The notes under the pieces were generated by a model, which saw nothing but the letters and a program-made list of their open reading frames with translations, did no database searches and was not told the DNA's origin. The position numbers and the translations under genes are program-made. 41,687 bases of DNA, taken from the NCBI GenBank assembly GCA_947384015.1, contig CANDFN010000001.1:1-41687 (forward strand), given 5' to 3'. This document shows, piece by piece, positions 8,846-16,714 of the stretch. Origin of the DNA: an uncultured Clostridia bacterium (GTDB taxonomy: Bacteria > Bacillota > Clostridia > Christensenellales > UBA1242). Each line of letters begins with the position of its first letter. Position 1 is the stretch's first letter.

Positions 8846-9592
8846 CTATCTATTAAAAACTGGTTTAACTACAACATGTCGTTTTTCACCTTCCCCAGTA
8901 GATTCTGTTGTAACATCATCTCTTTCTTGAAGGGTTGTGTGAATAATACGTCTATCATAAGCGTTCATAGGGTCTAGATGAATATTTCTTTCTATGCTTA
9001 CAGCTTGGTCTGCAGTTTTATTTGCAAGAGCTATAATTGCAGTTTGTCTATCAGCTTTGTAACCATTAACATCAAGGTAAATGCGAATAACATTTTCTGC
9101 TTTTCTTTTTAAGCCACTTAACAAAACTTGTAATGCTTTTAAGTTGTCGCCATGGTAACCAATTAATCGGCTTAAACCTTTTTCTGTGCCCGTTACGGTA
9201 AAACTTAATTCATTTTCGCCTGCATCGCAAGTTACTTTTGCTTCCTTATCTATAAAGCCAACCAAACCGGTTAAAAATTCTTCACAACGTTTTTGCAAAG
9301 CCGCGCTATCAACAACACGAACTTTTTTAACTTTTGCAGGCACGGTTTTCTCTTCCTTTACTTCCTCAGTTTGTTCTACCTTTGGAATATCTTCTGGTTG
9401 GATTTCTTCTTTAACAACTTCTTCAACTGCAGTTTCTAAATCTTCACCCCAAGCAAGTTGAACTTTAGCCTTTTTAAAAAGTCCACCTTCTTCTAACACT
9501 TTAACTTCAACTTCATCGCGGGTAAGCCCACATTCTAACAATCCGTTTTGAATTGCGATTTCTACACTTTTACCAGTTGCTGTAATTTTCAT
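8846..9592 (-). CDS. jag: RNA-binding protein Jag/KhpB (Jag_N, KH and R3H domains)
   Basis: 248 aa. Jag_N start MKITATGKSVEIAIQNGL, E/K-rich linker, C-terminal R3H motif (DRRIIHTTLQ). Sits downstream of yidC as in other Firmicutes. Confidence 0.88.
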   Translation of the reverse strand: MKITATGKSVEIAIQNGLLECGLTRDEVEVKVLEEGGLFKKAKVQLAWGEDLETAVEEVVKEEIQPEDIPKVEQTEEVKEEKTVPAKVKKVRVVDSAALQKRCEEFLTGLVGFIDKEAKVTCDAGENELSFTVTGTEKGLSRLIGYHGDNLKALQVLLSGLKRKAENVIRIYLDVNGYKADRQTAIIALANKTADQAVSIERNIHLDPMNAYDRRIIHTTLQERDDVTTESTGEGEKRHVVVKPVFNR

Positions 9593-9670
9593 CTTTTCCT
9601 CCTACTTTGTGTTACCAAAAGTCTTTTAAACTTTTTACTTCCCCTTTTGTTTATAGTTTATACATAACCC

Positions 9671-10744
9671 CTATTTTTTGTAATTTCTGCTATATTCAAC
9701 TACTTCTGTGCTTTTCTTTTTCATTAGTTTTTGAACATCTTTTTTGCCAACACCTTTCATTATTAAAGATATAATAAATGATAACAAGGTTGTCATAATA
9801 GAGTTAGTTATAATATATAGTGTAAACAACGCATTAGATGTCCAAGCAAATATAAACATCGCTACAGGCATTGCAAGCATCATGATTTTATTCATCATGT
9901 TCATCTTTTGCCCTTTTTGTTGCATTGTTTTAGCCGAAATAAATTGTGCAAGGAATGATACTAACACGCAGGCAATAATTAAACCAAAATAACCATTTGC
10001 ATCTTTACCTTCACCCACAATAGATGAGGTTATGGCTTCATAACGCTCGGTTATTGCTCTACCCTCTGCGCTATCAGCTGCAATATTGTAATGTTTAAGG
10101 TAATCTTCTAATTTTACAAACTGACTTTCGTAACTTTTATCTGCCTTAAATACGTTTTTAACCCATAGCCATTTTGTTTTTTCGCTTAATGTTTTGTTTG
10201 CTTCAATTACAGCTTCTTTTGCTTTATTTTTTGCATAATCAGTTAATGAGATTGCTTCTTTTTCATCCTCTGGCAATAGTTCATAATCCTCGGCAGCTCT
10301 ATTATAGGTTTGTTCATATGCAGTGTCTAGTTCTTTATAAGATTCATACATCTTTTCGTTACCATAACTGCGGATGCTTCCGTATAAGGTAAAGAACACT
10401 ACCATAGATACAACCATTGTTACCAACATTATAATGCAACTGCCACCCAAACCTGTGTTATACTTTTTGTAAAGCTTGTTGGTTTCTGCATTAATGCGTT
10501 CTTTATCTCCCGCATATTTTTCGTTAATAGCATTTATTTCTGGTTGCATATAAGCCATTACTCGTTGTTGTTTAGTGGTAGAAAACCTTTGCATTAAATC
10601 TAGTGGGCTTAACACTAGTTTTAACAAGATAGTAAAAACTATGATTGTCCATCCATAATTGACAATCCATTTTGCAAATATATTTAATAAAGTAGCCCAA
10701 AGGTTGCCCGAAAGTAATAGGCTAAAAGAGTTTAACATTTCCAT
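9671..10744 (-). CDS. yidC: Membrane protein insertase YidC/Oxa1 family
   Basis: 357 aa, multi-TM with a basic C-terminal tail. Position is the conserved rnpA-yidD-yidC-jag order. Confidence 0.9.
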   Translation of the reverse strand: MEMLNSFSLLLSGNLWATLLNIFAKWIVNYGWTIIVFTILLKLVLSPLDLMQRFSTTKQQRVMAYMQPEINAINEKYAGDKERINAETNKLYKKYNTGLGGSCIIMLVTMVVSMVVFFTLYGSIRSYGNEKMYESYKELDTAYEQTYNRAAEDYELLPEDEKEAISLTDYAKNKAKEAVIEANKTLSEKTKWLWVKNVFKADKSYESQFVKLEDYLKHYNIAADSAEGRAITERYEAITSSIVGEGKDANGYFGLIIACVLVSFLAQFISAKTMQQKGQKMNMMNKIMMLAMPVAMFIFAWTSNALFTLYIITNSIMTTLLSFIISLIMKGVGKKDVQKLMKKKSTEVVEYSRNYKK

Positions 10745-11004
10745 TTATAATTCCCTAATAAATTTGGTTGAGGCAAATCGTATTCGCCCTTTATCTTGTG
10801 GCAACGAAGCAATCTTTTTAAAGCTATAAAGCATCCCCAAATTGCACCATAATATTTAATTACTGCAAAAGCAAAACTGCTACAGGTTGGTATTGAATTA
10901 CAATTTCTACCAATAAATTTGCTTAAAGTTGCTTTATATAGCAAAATAAGCGCAAGTGCAATTAAGGTGAGTGGATAGGTGACAATATAATAAATTTTAA
11001 ACAT
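10732..11004 (-). CDS. yidD: Membrane protein insertion efficiency factor YidD
   Basis: 90 aa with CNSIPTCSSF, matching the YidD C-x-x-x-P-[ST]-C-S motif. Overlaps both rnpA and yidC. Confidence 0.85.
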   Translation of the reverse strand: MFKIYYIVTYPLTLIALALILLYKATLSKFIGRNCNSIPTCSSFAFAVIKYYGAIWGCFIALKRLLRCHKIKGEYDLPQPNLLGNYKWKC

Positions 11005-11344
11005 CTTGCCCCTTTAACAACTTATACTTTTTTAACATTGCAATAAGTTGACGTTCTATATCTACAGAACTTTTACCCACAATAGATTCGCGTGCTGTAA
11101 ACACATAATTTTTTACAGCAAACTTATCTATATTTAACCTACAAGCCTCGCTTATTATGCGTTTTGTTCTACTACGAACAACGCTGTTTCCCACTTGTTT
11201 ACTAACCGAAATACCAATTTGAGGATAAGGTTTGTAAGCACGCACATAATGCACAAAGAAATCTTGAGCATGTGCCACCTGACCTTTACGATAAACAAAA
11301 TTAAATTCTTTACGTTTTTTTAAGCGATTTACTTTGTTTAACAT
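10997..11344 (-). CDS. rnpA: Ribonuclease P protein component
   Basis: 115 aa, basic, N-terminal RLKKRKEFNFVYRKG. Lies immediately downstream of rpmH. Confidence 0.9.
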   Translation of the reverse strand: MLNKVNRLKKRKEFNFVYRKGQVAHAQDFFVHYVRAYKPYPQIGISVSKQVGNSVVRSRTKRIISEACRLNIDKFAVKNYVFTARESIVGKSSVDIERQLIAMLKKYKLLKGQDV

Positions 11345-11351
11345 AATATTC

Positions 11352-11486
11352 CTACGCTGTTAATTCTTTTTTACCTTTGTTTCTACGTCTTTTTAAAACC
11401 TTTCTACCAGATAGAGTTTTCATTCTTGCCCTGAAGCCGTGCACTCTGCTACGGTGTTTCTTTTTAGGTTGATAAGTTCTTTTCAT
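11352..11486 (-). CDS. rpmH: 50S ribosomal protein L34
   Basis: Hand translation gives [44 protein letters not shown] (44 aa). GGAGA RBS. Missing from the ORF track because it is under 60 aa. Confidence 0.95.
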   Translation of the reverse strand: MKRTYQPKKKHRSRVHGFRARMKTLSGRKVLKRRRNKGKKELTA

Positions 11487-11593
11487 TGTTGTCTCCTTTT
11501 AATTATTTGTTTTGTTGAGTTGGGATAGCCAAAACTGGCAAGGTGCAATTTTGCACAAGGAAATACTCAACCGCCGATATAACTATCTTTTTA

Positions 11594-11622
11594 ATAATAA
11601 CAAAAAAACAAAATCTTGTCAA
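11594..11622 (-). promoter_or_regulatory. Putative promoter of the rpmH operon (TTGACA-N17-TATTAT on the minus strand)
   Basis: Minus-strand TTGACA corresponds to 11617-11622 and TATTAT to 11594-11599. This leaves a leader of about 100 nt before rpmH. Confidence 0.5.
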
Positions 11623-11670
11623 TAATTTATTTAACATTTTGTCTTTTACTTAATTTTATTGTTTTTTTCG

Positions 11671-12285
11671 TCAATTATTTTTTGTAATATTTATATTTTC
11701 TTCTGTTTTTTGAGGTTGTGTTTTAACCACCTTTGCATTTTCCATCAACCTGATTGTGTTACGCAAAACATCTAGTTCCTCTCTAATGGCTTTTATTAAA
11801 CTTTTATGACTTGGACTTAGTTTTTTGTGGAACCTTAAATAATTTATAATCTGCTTAGTTTGATGATATAAATTTTTTTGTTTTTCTAATGGCAGATTTA
11901 CACTGTCCATAATGTTGGCAAGCCTATCTGCAAGCTTTATTACCAATGCATAACTAGACATATTTGCCATTTTTCTTTCTAAATACTGAGCCTTACCCAT
12001 ATATCTACAATAATAAGAAGCTGTAGTTAATTCAAGCACCAAACTTGCAACAATTTCGCCAAATTCATCTTCAATTTCTTTATAAGAGGTGTAGGTGTCT
12101 TCAATGGTATCATGCAAAAGCGCAGCCGCCACCAACACGTCTATTTGCTTACTTTTTTTGTAAGTTCGCACAAGTTCTGCCACCTTTTTAGGATGTTCTA
12201 TATACGGGGTTACTCCGTCTGCCCTAAACTGACCTTGGTGTTTTTTAGTAGCAAATTCTAAAACATTATTATAATCTAATTTCAT
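11671..12285 (-). CDS. Small alarmone hydrolase-like HD protein (RelA/SpoT-type (p)ppGpp hydrolase domain only)
   Basis: 204 aa with HQGQFRADGVTPYIEHPKKVA...AALLHDTIEDT, the SpoT/Mesh1 hydrolase-domain pattern. No synthetase domain. Confidence 0.8.
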   Translation of the reverse strand: MKLDYNNVLEFATKKHQGQFRADGVTPYIEHPKKVAELVRTYKKSKQIDVLVAAALLHDTIEDTYTSYKEIEDEFGEIVASLVLELTTASYYCRYMGKAQYLERKMANMSSYALVIKLADRLANIMDSVNLPLEKQKNLYHQTKQIINYLRFHKKLSPSHKSLIKAIREELDVLRNTIRLMENAKVVKTQPQKTEENINITKNN

Positions 12286-12370
12286 TTTTTACTCCTTAAT
12301 AAACCATATTATTTATCCGCATGCCAAAAACCTTTTTATAAAAACAAAAGGCATAATTGCCCTTTGCTTT

Positions 12371-13387
12371 TTAGTTATTTGTAGGTTTACCGTCCACCAT
12401 TGTTTCGGTTGATACTACATTAAATATTTCTAATAACCTATCTTTTATTTGTTCTGCAGTATATCCGCTACCTTTTGTGTTAAATACAATGTTTGTAGAT
12501 TTATCTGCAGTAACTATGTTTACATTATTATTTTTGCTAGTTACAATAACTTCTGGCAAAACAGTGTTGTCTATCACAACCGCTTTTTCTGCTGTTGGTT
12601 TTTTATCTGCAAGGTTAAATGCTAGTATTTTATCTTTACCTAAAATGAAGTTGCATCTAACACCAGAGCCATAAACACGATATGCTCCAACCCCCAAGAA
12701 TGCGGCAGATAACGCTCCACCCATTGCTGAAGCTATGCTTTTACCCAAATTTTTTGCTGCGTCTTTTTTACTTGTTAAAATTCCACTAACAACCATTGCA
12801 TCAGGGACATTGTTTGTAGCATGCTCTATAACTTTATTTTGAGCTTTTGCAGTGTTAGCGCTACCAATTAACAAGCAAACTGCTAATAGTGCAAATGTTC
12901 CAGCCGCAATAAATAGAACTATTGAAACTGTGTTGCCAGCCGTTAAATTGTATGTATTGCCATTTACAGTCATTTTAAAGCTGTTCATTGATGAGTAATA
13001 AGCAATTATTTCTCTATCAAGAGTAGGCACAGTTGAAAGGTCTAGTTCTTCACCCGGTGCAAGTTCCTCTGGGAAGTAATAAGAAATAGTATGCCCAGCA
13101 TAACCACCATGAAAGTGAAAATCTTGTGTTCCATTCTCTACTTTGTATGTCAAGGTAAATGTATCGTTATCAATAACAATTGTTTCGTTAGAAGTATTTT
13201 TTATTCTACCACCCATATTGTATCTACCGCTACCTTCATAAGTTTCTGTAAAGGTTATGCGTGAGGTAACTGATATTGGCCAACTCTTTTGATAAGTTGC
13301 CATATAAATTCCGCCACCTAAAGCAAATGCAACCGCGATAACCGCCATAATTATAAAGCTAGTTAATTTTACTTTTGTTTTTTTCAT
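12371..13387 (-). CDS. Hypothetical membrane protein (N-terminal TM, beta-rich extracytoplasmic segment, central TM, C-terminal domain)
   Basis: 338 aa. No motif recognised. Confidence 0.45.
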   Translation of the reverse strand: MKKTKVKLTSFIIMAVIAVAFALGGGIYMATYQKSWPISVTSRITFTETYEGSGRYNMGGRIKNTSNETIVIDNDTFTLTYKVENGTQDFHFHGGYAGHTISYYFPEELAPGEELDLSTVPTLDREIIAYYSSMNSFKMTVNGNTYNLTAGNTVSIVLFIAAGTFALLAVCLLIGSANTAKAQNKVIEHATNNVPDAMVVSGILTSKKDAAKNLGKSIASAMGGALSAAFLGVGAYRVYGSGVRCNFILGKDKILAFNLADKKPTAEKAVVIDNTVLPEVIVTSKNNNVNIVTADKSTNIVFNTKGSGYTAEQIKDRLLEIFNVVSTETMVDGKPTNN

Positions 13388-13455
13388 TTTTTCTCATTTC
13401 CTTATTAATAAAATTTTTATCTATTATTTTAAGTTTAACGATGTTCCGTTATGTT

Positions 13456-14109
13456 TTAATCTGCTTGCCATAGATAATACAAAGTTTGTTCTATTGTAAT
13501 ATCTTCTGGTATAAAAGTATTCTCTATGGTTTGGCTTAGTGCAGACCTCTTTTCACACATAAGCATTTCATTGCTATTAAAGGTTGTATTAGAAGTCAAT
13601 CTTTCTTCAAATGGGCTAAAACTAACCTTTAAACAATTTTTTAGTTTTTTACTTGCAGATTTAGCTATTATTTCAGCCTTTCCTTTTGCTTGATTAAATA
13701 CCAGCGATAGAACCTCATTTTTTGCATCCTCTTCATTCCGCAAACCAAACCTTATTGTGTATTTAGGTGCATTTTTTATTTGAGTTATTTTTTCCATTAA
13801 GGTAGCCATTAATTTTACATCATAATCCAAAGTTAAATTACATACCTGACTATACACAAAACCAACAAACACATCTTTTTTTAATTTATAATCGTATTCA
13901 TTTTTCTTGTATAGTCTAAAGTTAGTAGTTTTTAAATCTTCCTTATTTATTTTAAAAGTATTTAGTAATTTAACAAACTCTTCAACTGCTAAAGCCCCGT
14001 TTTTTAACGCCGTCTCGTAAGTTTTACTTAACACCTCAAAGTTAAAACTTAAGTTAACAATGTTTGGCTTATAGGCTTTTTCTGCTGTTGCTTGAACATA
14101 AATATCCAT
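13456..14109 (-). CDS. SIMPL/DUF541-like protein
   Basis: ATG 14109 with a GGAG RBS is preferred over the upstream ORF-track start at 14136. The alternating pattern and the AKGKAEIIAKSASKKL segment resemble the SIMPL family. Confidence 0.5.
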   Translation of the reverse strand: MDIYVQATAEKAYKPNIVNLSFNFEVLSKTYETALKNGALAVEEFVKLLNTFKINKEDLKTTNFRLYKKNEYDYKLKKDVFVGFVYSQVCNLTLDYDVKLMATLMEKITQIKNAPKYTIRFGLRNEEDAKNEVLSLVFNQAKGKAEIIAKSASKKLKNCLKVSFSPFEERLTSNTTFNSNEMLMCEKRSALSQTIENTFIPEDITIEQTLYYLWQAD

Positions 14110-14151
14110 AAAAACTCCTTTATAAAATTTAAACAAAAAAGCGGAAGAAAG

Positions 14152-14409
14152 TTAACCTTTCTCTCCGCGTGCTTGCCTTATCATATCTTCAACTACAATG
14201 TCAAAAATTTCGCCTAAACTTGCGCAATATTCTAACACTTGCCAAGGCTCGTTGGTGTGAAAATGAATTTTTATAAGTTCAGGGTCCCCAACTGCAATTA
14301 AGCAATCTCCTTTAAAGTGTGTCATAAAATAGTCATGAATTGCATCTTCATCTAAACCCTTGCCTTCTATTAAAAGTTGAGTGTCGTATCTAAATTCAAT
14401 AGGTTCCAT
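14152..14409 (-). CDS. 85-aa stand-alone ORF matching only the central segment of DAK2-domain YloV-family proteins (fragment or minimal domain)
   Basis: GDCLIAVGDPELIKIHFHTNEPWQVLEYCASLGEIFDIVVEDMIRQ parallels the GDSLVVV...VKVHVHT..PG.VL...G.L..IKIENMREQ block of YloV. Strong AAGGAG RBS. Confidence 0.45.
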   Translation of the reverse strand: MEPIEFRYDTQLLIEGKGLDEDAIHDYFMTHFKGDCLIAVGDPELIKIHFHTNEPWQVLEYCASLGEIFDIVVEDMIRQARGEKG

Positions 14410-14448
14410 ATCTTCTCCTTAAAAAGAATTATAAAAAAAACTAAAAAA

Positions 14449-14478
14449 TTTGTAAAGCATTTTTTAGTTCTTTACAAA
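14449..14478 (-). terminator. Rho-independent terminator downstream of the 56-aa ORF
   Basis: 9-bp stem TTTGTAAAG/CTTTACAAA, followed on the minus strand by TTTTTTAGTTTTTTTT. Confidence 0.55.
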
Positions 14479-14505
14479 TAAAAATAATTTTCCAAAATAT
14501 AACAA

Positions 14506-14676
14506 CTAGCTATTAACATTCCAGTTGTCGTATGTAATTTTTAACAAACAAAACAATTGTTGTAGTTGTTGTTTAGACAACGCCGCAAAAAGCTGATTAA
14601 CATTTAAATTATTACTGTGATGTAAATAATGACCACATTTTCTTAATAAACTTAAAACCTTTTCTTTATCACTCAT
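14506..14676 (-). CDS. 56-aa ORF (MSDKEKVLSLLRKCGHYLHHSNN...), possibly the surviving part of a decayed regulator gene
   Basis: Hand translation. It shares a frame with an upstream stop-interrupted reading frame and has its own terminator. The RBS is weak. Confidence 0.3.
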   Translation of the reverse strand: MSDKEKVLSLLRKCGHYLHHSNNLNVNQLFAALSKQQLQQLFCLLKITYDNWNVNS

Positions 14677-15187
14677 AAGTTCAAAAGGTTTTTCTTCCCT
14701 TTGTTGATGATTGAGATGTGTGCTCTGCCCCTGCCTTCCTTACATATTTTCCTCTTTGCCTTGCACACCAAAATACGCTCTGCCACGCGGACATCTTAAT
14801 TCTTGCTTAGAACAATGATTTGCATTGTGGACAAAACTCTTCTTTCATAAAACTTCCTAAAAACAGAAAAGCGCAAGCCCATTAAGTTGGACTTACGCTT
14901 TTGATGCTCACTTGTATTAAGTATAATGTTTTAAAAATTTTTAGTCAACAATTTTTATTTCAAAACAATTAAACTGATAAAATTGATATTTTAACAAAAT
15001 AAAAAATCAATACTTTTGCCAATTTGTCCACCCCACAATTAATTGACAATTATTGTATAACTTGTTATACTATAAAACGAAATAGATAAATATTTATTTA
15101 AACCGAATAGATATATTTGTTAAGTTTCAAAAACTAGCAACCTCTAATTTTTTTGTTTAGGTTGCAAAATAATAAGGAGATATATAC

Positions 15188-16714
15188 ATGGAACAAAATG
15201 AAATGAGCGAATTTGACATTAAGGTAGCAAAAGTTAAAAAGTTAGAAGAAAGTGGGGAAAAGGCTTATAAAGCGAAATACAACAAAACTCACGAGATTCA
15301 CAATCTAGACAGCGTTGAACTTGGCACACATGTTAGCGTGGCTGGACGTATGATTTTTAAACGCACATTTGGTAAGCTTATTTTTGCTAAAATTTATGCC
15401 ATTGGCGACAATGCAGATTTTGACCTTACCCAACCTATTAGAACAAGCGTGCAAATAAGTTTGTCTTTAAACATTGTTGGTGAGGAACGCTTAAAATACT
15501 TTAAAGACTTCTGTGACGTTGGCGACTTTGTTGGTTGCGAAGGGGAATTAGTTCGCACACAAACTGGCGAACTAACTGTGCAAGTTAGCACCTTTGAACT
15601 TCTTTCTAAAGCATTACGTGGCTTACCAGAAAAGTTCCACGGTTTAACCGATACCGAACTAAGATATCGTCAACGTTATTTGGACATCGTCTCTAACGAA
15701 AAAAGCAGAAACGCTGTTTTGGTTCGTTTTAAAGTTACACAGTTTTTACGCGACTTCTATATTAAACATGGCTTCTTAGAAGTAGAAACCCCAATTTTAC
15801 AAAACGCAGTTGGTGGTGCTTTAGCTAAACCTTTTAACACCCACCACAACGCACTAGATTTAGATATGAATTTACGTATCTCTCCAGAAACCTTCTTAAA
15901 AAGAACCATTGCTTGCGGATTTGACAAAGTGTTTGAAATTGCAAAAGACTTCCGTAACGAAGGCTTATGTGTAGACAAGTTACAAGAATTTACCATGTTA
16001 CAAAGCTATGCTGCTTATTGGGATTTTGAAGATAGTATTAAGTTCTACACCGAATTATTTAGAGAGGTATGCTACTATGTGTTTGGCAAATACGAATTTG
16101 TATCTCAAGGAAGAACTGTTGTTTTACCAGAAGTTTTCCCAAGAATGGACTATGTTGGCACATTAAACGAAATTTTAGGCTTTAATGTTTTAGACATTAC
16201 CGATGTGGACGAATTTAAAAATTTAATCCGTAAAAAGAACTTGCTAGAAGAGTTTGAGTTGACTGACCAATACACTGTTGGAGGTTTAATAGACTTATTA
16301 TATAAACGTAAAATGCGCCCTAACATTATAGAACCAACCATTCTTTATAACTACCCTAATGTTGTGCCATTAGTTAGATATAACGATAATGATGACCGTT
16401 TAATTGAAATGTTCCAACTTGTTATTGACGGACAAGAAATGATTAAAGGTTACAGCGAGCTTGTAAACCCAATTCAACAAAAAGCCGGTTTTGAAGAACA
16501 AGCAAAAGCAAAACAACGCGGGGATGCAGAAGCTATGGATTATGATAGCGAATATGTGTTGGCTATGGAACATGGTTTCCCACCAATTTCTGGTATCGGT
16601 TTTGGTATAGACGTTTTCATATATCACCTATTAGACCTTGAAAACATCCGTGATACAATCTTATTCCCTATTACAAAACCAACTGAAAAAGCAGGCGATA
16701 ATGAAAAAAATTAG
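15188..16714 (+). CDS. lysS: Lysine--tRNA ligase (class II)
   Basis: 508 aa. OB-fold N-terminal domain and class II motifs (FLEVETPILQ; FRNEG; GFGIDVFIYHL...RDTILFP). AAGGAG RBS. Confidence 0.95.
   Translation: MEQNEMSEFDIKVAKVKKLEESGEKAYKAKYNKTHEIHNLDSVELGTHVSVAGRMIFKRTFGKLIFAKIYAIGDNADFDLTQPIRTSVQISLSLNIVGEERLKYFKDFCDVGDFVGCEGELVRTQTGELTVQVSTFELLSKALRGLPEKFHGLTDTELRYRQRYLDIVSNEKSRNAVLVRFKVTQFLRDFYIKHGFLEVETPILQNAVGGALAKPFNTHHNALDLDMNLRISPETFLKRTIACGFDKVFEIAKDFRNEGLCVDKLQEFTMLQSYAAYWDFEDSIKFYTELFREVCYYVFGKYEFVSQGRTVVLPEVFPRMDYVGTLNEILGFNVLDITDVDEFKNLIRKKNLLEEFELTDQYTVGGLIDLLYKRKMRPNIIEPTILYNYPNVVPLVRYNDNDDRLIEMFQLVIDGQEMIKGYSELVNPIQQKAGFEEQAKAKQRGDAEAMDYDSEYVLAMEHGFPPISGIGFGIDVFIYHLLDLENIRDTILFPITKPTEKAGDNEKN

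Noticed and set aside
9186-10392. Plus-strand ORFs 9186-9461, 9744-9992 and 10174-10392
   Set aside because: They are antisense to jag and yidC. The Ser/Thr/Phe-rich translations mirror the E/K-rich coding strand.
14410-15187. T-box or lysine riboswitch leader upstream of lysS
   Set aside because: No T-box core sequence (AGGGTGGTACCGCG-like) and no specifier or antiterminator arrangement is visible on the plus strand, and no L-box-like multi-helix junction either. The GC-richer part reads better as decayed coding sequence on the minus strand.
16638-16700. Long ORF-track start of gpsA at 16638
   Set aside because: The extension overlaps the conserved C-terminus of lysS in another frame. The Rossmann fold begins right after ATG 16701, so the shorter start was chosen.
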